Notes: generated by a model from the letters alone, not told the origin. 46,551 bases of DNA from an uncultured Actinomycetes bacterium (GCA_903907835.1 CAIVPQ010000006.1:1-46551); one strand, 5' to 3'. Shown: positions 18,033 to 27,278, counted from the first letter of the stretch. Program-made: numbers and translations.

Positions 18033-19664
18033 ATGGACATACAACAAATTTTGCGGACTTTGCGTAAGCGCGGTAAGCACATTGTCGCAATCTTTATTCT
18101 GTCCTTGATCGCGGCCAGCGTGATTACATCGCTGCTGCCTAAGAAATACACATCAATTTCAAAATTGTATATATCCACAAGCGGTTATGCCGAAAACCTT
18201 GGGGGCTTGATTTCAGGCAATCAATATTCCGGCGATCGGATAAAGACATACTGTGCACTAGTTAAGACCCCAGGAGTACTGGGTATTGTTTCTAAAAAAC
18301 TGGGCTACAACATTGATCCTGGTCAGGTTAATGCCAAAGCTACCGGCGGCACAGTACTAATAAATATCTCAGCACAATCCACAAGTCCAAAGCGAGTAGC
18401 TCAGATTGCGAACGAAGTTGCGGTTCAGCTTGCTGAAGTTATTCAAACATTAGAAACACCAATAGATAAGGGAATTCAAAGCCCTATCAAGGCCAGTATT
18501 GTCCAAGAGGCTCGTGAACCATTTTTACCCAGTTCACCTCGGCCACGATTCAACCTCTTAATTGGCGGATTGTTGGGGTTGCTGCTCGGCGTTGGTTTGA
18601 TCTTGCTCTGGGAGTCACTAGACAATACGGTGCGCCACCTATCTGACGTTTTGGAAATAACGGGCGTAAATCCAATTGGAATCATCGGCTTTGATCCGGA
18701 TGCCCGTGAGACTCCGATTGCCACCCTCGATTTGCGAAGTGCGCGAGCCGAAGCCTTCCGGGCAATCAGGACAAACCTACAATTCGTGGATGTAGATAAT
18801 CCCCCGAAAGTGATTGTTGTCTCTAGCGCATTGCCTAGTGAAGGAAAGACGACAACAGTTCTAAATTTAGCAATCACATTCGCCCAGGCTGGCCAAAAGG
18901 TTTGTCTTATTGAAGCTGATTTGCGCAAACCTAGGATCTCGCAATTCTTAGGAATCGATGGAACTGTAGGTTTAACAAATGTGCTTGCTGGACAAGTGCC
19001 GTTGTCAGAGGCGCTGATAAATTGGAATAGAGGCATGCTTTCGGTATTGCCATCGGGGCCAGTGCCGCCAAATCCAAGTGAGCTATTGGCGAGCGAACAG
19101 ATGGTTCACTTGCTTAGTGATTTGCGAAAAGATTTTGATTATGTGTTGATTGATGGTGCACCGCTGCTGCCTGTGACAGATGCAGCGATTTTGGCGAAAG
19201 TTACTGATGGCGTACTACTACTTATTAGATTTGGTCGCACCACACACGAACAGCTGTTTAGAGCTACAGAGATGCTTAATGGAATTGGCGCAAGGCTATT
19301 GGGTCCAATTATTAACTTCGTTCCAAGCGGTAGCACAGGCTATGGCTACGGGTATGGCTATGGCTATGGCTACGGGTATGGCTACGGGTATGGCTACGGA
19401 GAGTCTGCTGATGGCGAGCCAGAACTAAGCAGTCGTGAACGTCGCAGGGCCGCTCGGAGAATGACAAACTCAAGCATTGATCCTGCGCTGACACTGTACA
19501 CATATCGCTCTGGCGAACAGGTCGCTGTTCTTGAAGCGGAGAGTGCTGTTGAAACCGCAGGTGAAGCGGTTGACACATCATCATCGACCACGAAGGCAAA
19601 AAAGGCTCAGCCTAAGACAGATTCCCTGGATGAAACAGTTGCACCTGATCCGGATGTTGATTAA
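18033..19664 (+). CDS. Polysaccharide co-polymerase / BY-kinase fusion (Wzc/CapAB-like tyrosine autokinase)
   Basis: Wzz-like N-terminus with two TM segments. Walker A SSALPSEGKTTTVLNLA, Walker A' CLIEADLRKP, Walker B YVLIDGAPL. C-terminal tyrosine cluster (GY)10. Confidence 0.9.
   Translation: MDIQQILRTLRKRGKHIVAIFILSLIAASVITSLLPKKYTSISKLYISTSGYAENLGGLISGNQYSGDRIKTYCALVKTPGVLGIVSKKLGYNIDPGQVNAKATGGTVLINISAQSTSPKRVAQIANEVAVQLAEVIQTLETPIDKGIQSPIKASIVQEAREPFLPSSPRPRFNLLIGGLLGLLLGVGLILLWESLDNTVRHLSDVLEITGVNPIGIIGFDPDARETPIATLDLRSARAEAFRAIRTNLQFVDVDNPPKVIVVSSALPSEGKTTTVLNLAITFAQAGQKVCLIEADLRKPRISQFLGIDGTVGLTNVLAGQVPLSEALINWNRGMLSVLPSGPVPPNPSELLASEQMVHLLSDLRKDFDYVLIDGAPLLPVTDAAILAKVTDGVLLLIRFGRTTHEQLFRATEMLNGIGARLLGPIINFVPSGSTGYGYGYGYGYGYGYGYGYGYGESADGEPELSSRERRRAARRMTNSSIDPALTLYTYRSGEQVAVLEAESAVETAGEAVDTSSSTTKAKKAQPKTDSLDETVAPDPDVD
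19338..19400 (+). repeat. In-frame hexanucleotide tandem repeat (GGY-TAY)10 encoding (Gly-Tyr)10
   Basis: ggc tat ggc tac ggg tat ggc tat ggc tat ggc tac ggg tat ggc tac ggg tat ggc tac gga. I counted ten Tyr codons from the DNA. Confidence 0.9.
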
Positions 19665-19680
19665 AGGTTTTCAGCAAAAA

Positions 19681-19720
19681 ATTATTGGCGCACCCAAATC
19701 GGATGCGCCAATAATTTTTA
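19681..19720. terminator. Hairpin terminator between convergent genes
   Basis: ATTATTGGCGCA / TGCGCCAATAAT forms a perfect 12-bp stem flanked by AAAAA on the left and TTTTT on the right, so it could work on either strand. Confidence 0.6.
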
Positions 19721-19728
19721 AGGTTTAA

Positions 19729-21258
19729 CTATTTACGTTTCAGTTCACGCTTTCCGACTGCCCAGAAAATAATAGCTATGCCGATGAAGAGAGCCAACGG
19801 AATTAACTCAATCAGCAAATAACGCCACTTTTCATCTTGGGTCCAGCCATCAGGCAAGTAGTCAGCGCCGAACCACTCGTCACCAAGTCCAGGTGCCAAA
19901 ACTTGGACTGTTGCAAAAACTACAACAAGAGTTAACCAGACTGACAAGAATTTGGCAGCTGGTGCACGGTAGACGCGTGGAGTGTCTGGATGTGATACTC
20001 GCAATTTCCACAAGGATGGGAAAATTGCAATGTAGGACATGAGCGTCGTCGAAATTGCAACATTAAGTACGACTCCAAAATATTTCGCGGTATCGCCTTC
20101 GCTCAGGACCCGAACAGCAACTAAGACAACGGAAGCAACTATTCCAGAAATGACATTAACGCGAACAGGTGTGCCGTATTTCTTGCTGAACACTCCAAGC
20201 CAGCGAGGAGCAGCACCGTCATAACCAGATACGGCAAGGGCGCGATCTGAACCCATCAACCAAGCAACTCCAGAGGACAAGACACACAGGATAAATAAGA
20301 CAGCGGCAAGATTACCCATGATCAAACCAAGTCCGGTCAATGTCACTGTGCCATCAGCGGCAAGGGTGCCACCAAAGACTCGGAATGTTGCCTTTACTGA
20401 ATCAATGAAGCCACCAAGTCCAGATACTTGCGAGGTTGGTAGAACCAGAATTACGCCAAAGATTGGAACACCATAGAGAACAATTGCCACGATTGCAGAG
20501 CGGAACACAGCAAAAGGGACATCTCTTTGGGCGTCTTTCATCTCGCTGCCAGCGCTGTTTGGATTCTCAAAGCCAACAAAGTTGAACAAGATTAGGGCGA
20601 TTACCGCGACCAATCCAGGCCAGCTAACGCCAAAATCATGGAAACTTGGTCCATTGATACCAAACTTATTTGCATACAAGATGATTGAGAATGTGAATAA
20701 TCCCAGCACAATGAATCTTGCATATGCGCCAGCTATTGGAATCCATTTACCAACTCGGAAAGACAGGATTGAAGCAAATATGCCGACCCAGATAAAGACC
20801 AATCCAACTGCATAAAACCAGAAAGTACTCAGCGGTTCCCCATTGCGCAAGAACGTTTCAACAGCTGCAACGACAACTAGGGTTAGCGTTCCACCCATCC
20901 AAACTGGATTTGTGATCCAGTAGAGGAAATTGTTGATTGTGCCGGGCAGTCTTCCGAAGGCTAGTCGCGCCCAGATGTATGGGCCGCCTTCTTCCGGAAA
21001 GGCGGTACCTAGTTCGGCAAAGAGTAAGGCGCTTGGGATAAAGAAAACAAGAGCCAAAATGATTAGCCACGAAAAAGCTTGGGCGCCCGCTGATGCGATG
21101 GCTCCAATTGTGTCAATACCTACAAGTGTGCAAATTGTGAAGAAAAGAATTTCTTTTCGCCCAAAATGCTTTTGCAGATGCTGTTTTTCCTCTATGGCAG
21201 CAGCGGTCAGATCAAGTCCAGAGCTATCGATACTGGTGGGTGAATTATCCATAGCCAA
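19729..21258 (-). CDS. APC-superfamily amino acid/polyamine permease
   Basis: About 12 TM segments. N-terminal signature LVGIDTIGAIASAG...FAELGTAFPEEGGPYIWA. Confidence 0.85.
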   Translation of the reverse strand: MAMDNSPTSIDSSGLDLTAAAIEEKQHLQKHFGRKEILFFTICTLVGIDTIGAIASAGAQAFSWLIILALVFFIPSALLFAELGTAFPEEGGPYIWARLAFGRLPGTINNFLYWITNPVWMGGTLTLVVVAAVETFLRNGEPLSTFWFYAVGLVFIWVGIFASILSFRVGKWIPIAGAYARFIVLGLFTFSIILYANKFGINGPSFHDFGVSWPGLVAVIALILFNFVGFENPNSAGSEMKDAQRDVPFAVFRSAIVAIVLYGVPIFGVILVLPTSQVSGLGGFIDSVKATFRVFGGTLAADGTVTLTGLGLIMGNLAAVLFILCVLSSGVAWLMGSDRALAVSGYDGAAPRWLGVFSKKYGTPVRVNVISGIVASVVLVAVRVLSEGDTAKYFGVVLNVAISTTLMSYIAIFPSLWKLRVSHPDTPRVYRAPAAKFLSVWLTLVVVFATVQVLAPGLGDEWFGADYLPDGWTQDEKWRYLLIELIPLALFIGIAIIFWAVGKRELKRK

Positions 21259-21327
21259 AATCTAGAGCACGCAGACTACAAAAGTGCGCAATTCGTGTTA
21301 CAAATAATCACATTTCTATGAATTTTT

Positions 21328-22563
21328 CTAAGAGACTTCTTCGTCGGACACAGATTCCAGGCCGCTAGTTTTCCGCGACTCGTTTGCCTTTACATCAATT
21401 TTGGATAGTGCAGAGAGTTCTTTATCAAATCGCCCGAGTGTGGCAACACGTTGGGCAGTGGGCATAACTCGTGAATCGAAAGAGGCAATTGCAGAGTTGT
21501 AGTGATCTACTGCTTTGCCGAGCGAGGCCCCGATTTTGCCAAAATGTCCAATGAATACGGAAAGTCTGGTGTGCAACTCGCCAGCTTCCTTGGCAATCTC
21601 TTGAGAGTTCTTCGCCTGATTATCCTGTTGCCAAAGCATGGAGATGTTGCTCAAAACAGCAATTAAGGCCGTAGGAGAGGTCAATATCACGCGGTCTCTA
21701 GCGGCATCTTCAATCAGGTTAGGATTCACTTCGCAAGCTGCGGCTAATGATGATTCTGTTGGAATAAACATGATCACATAGTTGAGCGATTTGTCGCCAG
21801 CCGTGTAATCCCGCTTTTTCAAAACAGACACGTGATCCTTGAGGGCGCGTGCATGACTTAGGAAGTGAGCATTGCGTTTGTCTAGGTCAGTCTCGTCTAA
21901 GGCATTGAGATAAGCGGCCATAGGTGCCTTGCTATCTATGTAGAGAACTCGCTCACCGGGAAGAAGTACTGTCACATCGGGACGACCAACACCGTCACCT
22001 TGTTCCTGCTTTTGCTCTAAAAATGAGACCTGCTCAGTCATTGAAAGCATCTCTAGGATTCGGCGGAGTTGTAATTCACCCCAACGTCCTCGGGTATCGC
22101 TTCGGCGCAATGCTCCTGAAAGGGTAGTCGTTTCAGTCATCAATTTTGTTAATATTCCGTGAGTATTGACCACCTGCTCGTCTAACTTGCTGTAGGCAGT
22201 TGCCCGATTCTTCTCTAAATCTGCGACCTTATTATCTAAGGCCTTCAGGGATTCCTGTAAGGGTGCAACAAGTGCGCCTATCGTCTGGGAAGCCTGCAAA
22301 TTCTGTGCCGAAATAGCTTCAGAATTGGATGTAAGGCGAATTTCTGTGGAATTTTCCAGAATCTGCTGGGCGCGAATCAGCTGTTCGTTGGTGGCATCGG
22401 CAACCTGTTGCCGAATCTGATCAGGGGTTAAGCCAGATTTGTTTCCTAGAAGCCGAGAAACGGCAAAAACTGTCGTCAGGGCAGTAAATACACAGGAAAT
22501 GGCGATTATTAAGGCGATTGAGGTGGTGTCCATGAGTGTAAGTGTGCCATGGGACTCTGACAA
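21328..22563 (-). CDS. rmuC: DNA recombination protein RmuC
   Basis: N-terminal TM segment, long coiled-coil, then GRWGELQLRRILE ... PDVTVLLPGERVLYIDSK ... YVIMFIPTES, characteristic of RmuC. Confidence 0.85.
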   Translation of the reverse strand: MSESHGTLTLMDTTSIALIIAISCVFTALTTVFAVSRLLGNKSGLTPDQIRQQVADATNEQLIRAQQILENSTEIRLTSNSEAISAQNLQASQTIGALVAPLQESLKALDNKVADLEKNRATAYSKLDEQVVNTHGILTKLMTETTTLSGALRRSDTRGRWGELQLRRILEMLSMTEQVSFLEQKQEQGDGVGRPDVTVLLPGERVLYIDSKAPMAAYLNALDETDLDKRNAHFLSHARALKDHVSVLKKRDYTAGDKSLNYVIMFIPTESSLAAACEVNPNLIEDAARDRVILTSPTALIAVLSNISMLWQQDNQAKNSQEIAKEAGELHTRLSVFIGHFGKIGASLGKAVDHYNSAIASFDSRVMPTAQRVATLGRFDKELSALSKIDVKANESRKTSGLESVSDEEVS

Positions 22564-22640
22564 AAGCGGATATCTGGCCGTTGGGATTAGGTAAACGAGT
22601 ACTTGTCACCTACCGTTAAGAGGTCTAACGAAAGAGTGAA

Positions 22641-24674
22641 ATGCCTACAGCCGAAAGTCCTAAGAAAAAGCCGCGCGCCCGAAAATTAGAGCGTGACCGA
22701 GCTCAAGATGATGTAAAGGCTGTTAAAAAGACATCCACTCGTCATGATGCAGCCAAAGCAGCTGCCGCAAAGAAGCCCAAGAAGCGTGCGAAAACTGAAC
22801 TCCGTGTTGAGTTCGGCGACCCTTCCCAATCCCGGCCAAGCCGCAAGCGTGCTGATGGCACTGATGTGCACAAGTCGCGTCCTCGCAGCGATGATCGTCC
22901 GGCACGTTCCTTCGGCCGTGATGACCGTCCGGCACGTTCCTTCGATCGTGATGATCGTCCGGGTCGTACGAGTCGTGATGATCGTCCGGCACGTTCCTTC
23001 GATCGTGATGATCGTTCGAGCCGTCCGAGTCGTGATGATCGTCCTGTGCGTCGTTCATTCGATCGTGATGATCGTTCGAGCCGTCCTAGTCGTGATGATC
23101 GTTCGAGCCGTCCGAGTCGTGATGATCGTCCGGCACGTTCTTTCGATCGTGATGATCGTTCGAGCCGTCCTAGTCGTGATGATCGTTCGAGCCGTCCTAG
23201 TCGTGATGATCGGCCAAGTCGTCCTCGCTATTCAGATGCTGGCGATCGTCCTGCGCGTCGTTCATTCGATCGTGATGATCGCCCTGCACGTTCAAGTGAC
23301 CGCAGCGAACGCACTCCAAGAGCTCCAAAACATATTGACCGCCCAGAAACATCGGTTACTAAGGCAGACAAAGCCAGCAGCGCTGAACTTTCTCGCTCTT
23401 GGAGCGAACTTGGCGTAGACGAGGCTTTGATTGCCGTTTTGAAGCGTCAGGGAATCGTCTCCCCATTCCCAATTCAGGCGGCCACTTTGCCGGATGCGTT
23501 ATCAGGTCGCGATGTTCTTGGTCGCGGACAAACAGGTTCCGGTAAAACTCTGGCATTCGGTTTAGCAATGATTACTCGTCTTGCTTACCGCAAAGCAACT
23601 CCAAAAAATCCACTGGGTTTGATTTTGGTGCCTACTCGCGAGTTAGCTATGCAGGTTAATGATGCATTGATGTCTTACGCCCATGCTGTGGAATTAGACA
23701 TCCGCCTAATTGCTGGTGGTATGCCATACGCAAAGCAGATTGATGCATTGAAGCGTGCTGTCCCGATTGTTGTTGCTACTCCAGGACGATTGAATGACTT
23801 GATCGAACAAGGTCACATCAATCTGTCTAAGGTCGAAATCAGTGTTCTTGATGAAGCTGATCAGATGTGCGACATGGGCTTCTACCCGCAAATTGTTGAA
23901 ATCTTAGACCTGACAAAGAACGATGCGCAGCGTCTATTATTCAGTGCGACTTTAGATCGCGATGTCGACAAGATTGTGCGTCGCTACATGACAGACCCGA
24001 TTGAACACGCAACTGAATCTGGGAAGGCATCAGTTTCCACAATGAGCCATTTCCTCTTTGTTGTTCACAGCGAAGACAAGAATGACATCTTGGCTGAAAT
24101 TGGATCACGTCCAGGTAAGACAATGTTCTTCGCTCGCACTCAATTAGGTGTCGAAAGAATTGCAAATGATCTTGCTCGCCGTGGTGTGGCTGCTGGTGCG
24201 TTACATGGTGGCAAAACTCAGTCTGCGCGTACTCGCACTTTGAAAGACTTCAAAGATGACATTACGGATGTACTAGTTGCAACTGATGTGGCAGCTCGCG
24301 GTATTCACGTTGATGGCGTAACACTTGTTGTACACGTCGATCCGCCTGCTGATCATAAGGATTACCTACACCGTGCAGGTCGTACTGCACGTGCCGGTGA
24401 ATCTGGTGCGGTAGTAACGATGGTTGGTCCGCGTCAGCAAAAGGCAGTCACTCAAATGACTAGCAGAGCCGGCGTTGAACCAGAAGTAGTGCGCGTGCGT
24501 CCGATGTCCCGAGAGCTTGTTGACATAACAAATGCCAAAGAGCCAACCGATATTCCTTGGACACCTCCACGTTCACCAGAGCGTGGCGGCCGAGGTCGTC
24601 CACCTGCTCGTGGCGGTCGTGGTGGATACGGTGGCGGCGGAGGTCGTCGCGAAGGATCTCGTTCTCGTTATTAG
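22641..24674 (+). CDS. DEAD-box ATP-dependent RNA helicase with a long repetitive N-terminal extension and an RGG tail
   Basis: Q motif PFPIQAATLP, motif I GRGQTGSGKTLAF, PTRELA, VLDEADQMCDMGF, SAT (LFSATL), HRAGRTARAG. The C-terminus is RGGRGRPPARGGRGGYGGGGGRREG. Confidence 0.9.
   Translation: MPTAESPKKKPRARKLERDRAQDDVKAVKKTSTRHDAAKAAAAKKPKKRAKTELRVEFGDPSQSRPSRKRADGTDVHKSRPRSDDRPARSFGRDDRPARSFDRDDRPGRTSRDDRPARSFDRDDRSSRPSRDDRPVRRSFDRDDRSSRPSRDDRSSRPSRDDRPARSFDRDDRSSRPSRDDRSSRPSRDDRPSRPRYSDAGDRPARRSFDRDDRPARSSDRSERTPRAPKHIDRPETSVTKADKASSAELSRSWSELGVDEALIAVLKRQGIVSPFPIQAATLPDALSGRDVLGRGQTGSGKTLAFGLAMITRLAYRKATPKNPLGLILVPTRELAMQVNDALMSYAHAVELDIRLIAGGMPYAKQIDALKRAVPIVVATPGRLNDLIEQGHINLSKVEISVLDEADQMCDMGFYPQIVEILDLTKNDAQRLLFSATLDRDVDKIVRRYMTDPIEHATESGKASVSTMSHFLFVVHSEDKNDILAEIGSRPGKTMFFARTQLGVERIANDLARRGVAAGALHGGKTQSARTRTLKDFKDDITDVLVATDVAARGIHVDGVTLVVHVDPPADHKDYLHRAGRTARAGESGAVVTMVGPRQQKAVTQMTSRAGVEPEVVRVRPMSRELVDITNAKEPTDIPWTPPRSPERGGRGRPPARGGRGGYGGGGGRREGSRSRY
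22887..23310 (+). repeat. In-frame degenerate tandem repeats (27-30 nt units, GATCGTGATGATCGT... core) inside the helicase gene
   Basis: Encodes R-D-D-R-(P/S)-(A/S)-R-(S/P)-(F/S) units; I count 13 DDR-containing units. All three forward frames and one reverse frame stay open here, as expected for a repeat. Confidence 0.85.
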
Positions 24675-24721
24675 GCCTTGAGTATCTTCATTATTTTGCT
24701 ATCTCGGACTAGGGTTTACCT

Positions 24722-25675
24722 ATGCGCGTAGAAGTAAATAATGTTGATAAACATTTTCGAAAATTACATGCGGTTAACGATTTATCGTTTACCGTAGAAC
24801 CCGGCAGAGTCACTGGCTTCTTAGGACCCAACGGATCTGGGAAATCAACGACTATGAGATTGATGCTTGGGCTTGATAATGGAACTGGCGAGACCCTCTT
24901 TGATGGTTTACCACTTGCAAAATACAAGAGTGTAACGGGTGTCGTAGGTGCCCACTTAGATGCCAAGTTTTTTCATCCGAAGCGAAGTGCCCGCGGACAC
25001 CTCAGGATGCTCGGTGCTGAGGCAAACATCAGCAAGGCGCGCATTGATGAAGTAATCCAACTTGTGGGCTTGTCTGATGTTGCCCGCAAACGCCCAGGTG
25101 GTTTTTCGCTTGGCATGGGACAACGTCTTGGACTTGCTGGCGCAATTCTGGCTCAGCCAAAAGTCTTGATGCTTGATGAGCCAGCCAACGGACTCGATCC
25201 TCAGTCAATCCATTGGCTTCGTGATTTTCTTAAGCATTATGCATCGCTTGGAAACACAGTCCTAGTGAGTAGTCACTTACTTGGCGAGATGCAGTTACTT
25301 GCCGATGACGTTGTAGTTATTGCCCGCGGCACTTTGGTTGCGGCCGAATCTATGCAGGCTTTCTTATCTCGAGCGAATAGCAAGAGTGTTTTTGTGCGCT
25401 CTAATGATGTTGTGCGACTCGCATCAGTTTTATCTATGAACGGTTTCCGGGTGGAGATAGAAGGCGAGAATGCAATTAAGGTTATCGATGCAACTCCGGA
25501 ACGAGTTGGTGAAATTGCGTTCCAAAGTGGTGTCCAACTTTCTGAACTCTTCGCAGAAGCTGCGAACTTGGAAACAGTATTTATGGACTTAACTGCAAGT
25601 GGAATGGATTACGAAATTGGTACTCCTATCGCAGGCCATGATTCGGCTGTTATTAGATCAGGAGAATCCTTATGA
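24722..25675 (+). CDS. ABC transporter ATP-binding protein (ABC-2 / DrrA-like subfamily)
   Basis: Walker A GPNGSGKSTT, signature FSLGMGQRL, Walker B VLMLDEPANGLD. Confidence 0.9.
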   Translation: MRVEVNNVDKHFRKLHAVNDLSFTVEPGRVTGFLGPNGSGKSTTMRLMLGLDNGTGETLFDGLPLAKYKSVTGVVGAHLDAKFFHPKRSARGHLRMLGAEANISKARIDEVIQLVGLSDVARKRPGGFSLGMGQRLGLAGAILAQPKVLMLDEPANGLDPQSIHWLRDFLKHYASLGNTVLVSSHLLGEMQLLADDVVVIARGTLVAAESMQAFLSRANSKSVFVRSNDVVRLASVLSMNGFRVEIEGENAIKVIDATPERVGEIAFQSGVQLSELFAEAANLETVFMDLTASGMDYEIGTPIAGHDSAVIRSGESL

Positions 25676-26424
25676 TGCCGGCTTTACGCTACGAATGGCG
25701 TCGTCTAATTTCAATTCGCTCAACATGGATTATCTCGGCGTTGTACTTGGCTCTAGTTGGCGTAGTCGGTTTAATTCCTGTTTTTCTTAATAGTACGGAA
25801 ACTCCTGTGCAAAGTTGGGAAGGTTTGTTCAGCACACCTGGCAATGTGCTTAATGCCATGATCTTGTCAGTTATCGCAGCCCAAACATTCGGTCACGAAT
25901 ATCGTTATGGAGTAATTCGGTTAACTTTGTCCGAATTCCCTGTACGCGAAAACATATTACTCGCTAAAACTCTGATTCTTTCGACCTATGTCATTGCAAT
26001 GACATTCTTAGCATGGGCCGTTCTTGGGGTAGGCGCACTCATTGCCGGCAGTGAAAAAGTTAACTCCGATGCAAGTGGTTACACAATCTCAAGTTCCGAT
26101 AACTCGACGCAGATGTGGCAAGTGTTGGTTTTCGGAATTGGCTATTGCATATTTGCAATGAGTATTACGATGCTTTCTCGTAACCTTGCATTAGGGGTCA
26201 CGCTTCCATTGCTTTTGGCGACAATCCTAGAGCCTCTAATTGGAGGCCTTTTAGGAATGATTAGTGAATCGGTTGAGCCAGTTAGGAAGTATCTACCTTT
26301 TAGTAGTGCGCAGGCCTGGGTCGTTAACGCTGACGATTGGCCTCAGGCAGGACTAGTTTTTGCTGCTTGGGTTGTGGGGATCTACTTCTTGGCTACTTTC
26401 TTTTTCATCAAACGCGACGCTTAA
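25672..26424 (+). CDS. ABC-2 type transporter permease
   Basis: ATGA overlap with the ATPase gene. Six hydrophobic segments. No specific motif recognised. Confidence 0.65.
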   Translation: MMPALRYEWRRLISIRSTWIISALYLALVGVVGLIPVFLNSTETPVQSWEGLFSTPGNVLNAMILSVIAAQTFGHEYRYGVIRLTLSEFPVRENILLAKTLILSTYVIAMTFLAWAVLGVGALIAGSEKVNSDASGYTISSSDNSTQMWQVLVFGIGYCIFAMSITMLSRNLALGVTLPLLLATILEPLIGGLLGMISESVEPVRKYLPFSSAQAWVVNADDWPQAGLVFAAWVVGIYFLATFFFIKRDA

Positions 26425-26433
26425 TTTTCAACC

Positions 26434-27210
26434 GTGATTGGTGAGACTCTGTTGCTGACCAGAACGAATTTCATCGCCGCACTCATTGGGATTTTGGGTG
26501 GAGTCTTAGCCGGCCTATTTGGTGTTGGTGGCGGGCTGATAATGGTTCCACTTTTAGTTGGTTGGTTGCACCTAGACCAAAAGACTGCACATGCCACATC
26601 CCTGGCGGCTGTGGTTCCTATTGCAATTGCGGGCACGTTTGGATTCGCTCAATCAGGAAACGTAGATTGGCTAGCCGCGACCTACTTACTTTGCGGCTCA
26701 GTGTTGGGCGCTTTCTTCGGTGCTCGAAGTTTGCGCACATTTCCAACTAAATATTTGCATACCGTATTTGGGATTTTGTTGGTTGCCTCAGGATTACGTT
26801 TGCTTTTTCGCGCAGAGCCGCATCAAGTAGTTGATGGTTTTGGCGGACATCTATTGCTCTTGGCAGTTGGTTTTTTCGCTGGCGTTCTTGCTGGATTGCT
26901 AGGTATAGGTGGTGGCGTGATTGTTGTTCCTGCGTTGATTATTGCCGCTGGAATTGACTCGATAACTGCGCGCGGCACAAGTTTGGCAGTCGCTGTGGGG
27001 GCTTCAGTAGTTGGCGGATTAACGCATTTCCAACAAAGAAATGTTCAGACCGATTCCGCTTTGGTTATGGGACTCGCCGGGGTGCCAGCAACTTTTCTGG
27101 GTGTGTATTTGAGTCATGAAGTTGTGAGTAGCCAAGTGACTTTTCTCTTTGCTATTTTGCTGATTGCCCTCGGAGTGCAACAGGGTAGAAAGATTTTTCT
27201 CTACACATAG
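26434..27210 (+). CDS. TauE/SafE family anion (sulfite) exporter
   Basis: Internally duplicated 4-TM halves carrying GxxxGxxGxGGGxxxVP (GVLAGLFGVGGGLIMVPLL and GVLAGLLGIGGGVIVVPAL). Confidence 0.85.
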   Translation: MIGETLLLTRTNFIAALIGILGGVLAGLFGVGGGLIMVPLLVGWLHLDQKTAHATSLAAVVPIAIAGTFGFAQSGNVDWLAATYLLCGSVLGAFFGARSLRTFPTKYLHTVFGILLVASGLRLLFRAEPHQVVDGFGGHLLLLAVGFFAGVLAGLLGIGGGVIVVPALIIAAGIDSITARGTSLAVAVGASVVGGLTHFQQRNVQTDSALVMGLAGVPATFLGVYLSHEVVSSQVTFLFAILLIALGVQQGRKIFLYT

Positions 27211-27225
27211 GGCCGTAGAGAGTGG

Positions 27226-27278
27226 TGCAAGCCAAATCGCTTAACGCGATTGGCGCAATGGCGGTGCCGGTGGGAACC
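27226..27278 (-). repeat. 53-nt direct repeat, distal copy, containing a tRNA-Ser 3'-end mimic plus CCA
   Basis: Identical to 27398..27450 by base-by-base comparison. The minus strand reads GGTTCCCACCGGCACCGCCATTGCGCCAATCGCGTTAAGCGATTTGGCTTGCA. Confidence 0.9.

Noticed and set aside
18476-19036. 186-aa minus-strand ORF inside the BY-kinase gene, and similar antisense ORFs at 8326-8718, 12779-13144, 39317-39820, 44560-44985 and 45962-46225
   Set aside because: All lie fully inside longer ORFs that carry strong family motifs on the opposite strand, and their translations have no recognisable motifs. They are shadow ORFs.
22723-23418. Long alternative-frame ORFs (224 aa plus strand, 111 aa minus strand) in the helicase 5' region
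   Set aside because: They are artefacts of the low-complexity tandem repeat keeping several frames open. Their translations (VMIVR.. / HHDRRNVPDD..) are repeat shadows. The helicase frame is continuous with the conserved core.
21328-24674. RmuC plus DEAD-box helicase as a possible defence module
   Set aside because: The genes are divergently transcribed and both families are broadly conserved housekeeping functions. No nuclease, methylase or effector partners are present.
24722-26424. The ABC-2 ATPase/permease pair as lantibiotic-immunity or biosynthetic-cluster transporter
   Set aside because: There are no adjacent biosynthetic, regulatory or precursor genes, and the flanks are a helicase and a TauE exporter. 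I treated it as a stand-alone efflux system of unknown substrate.
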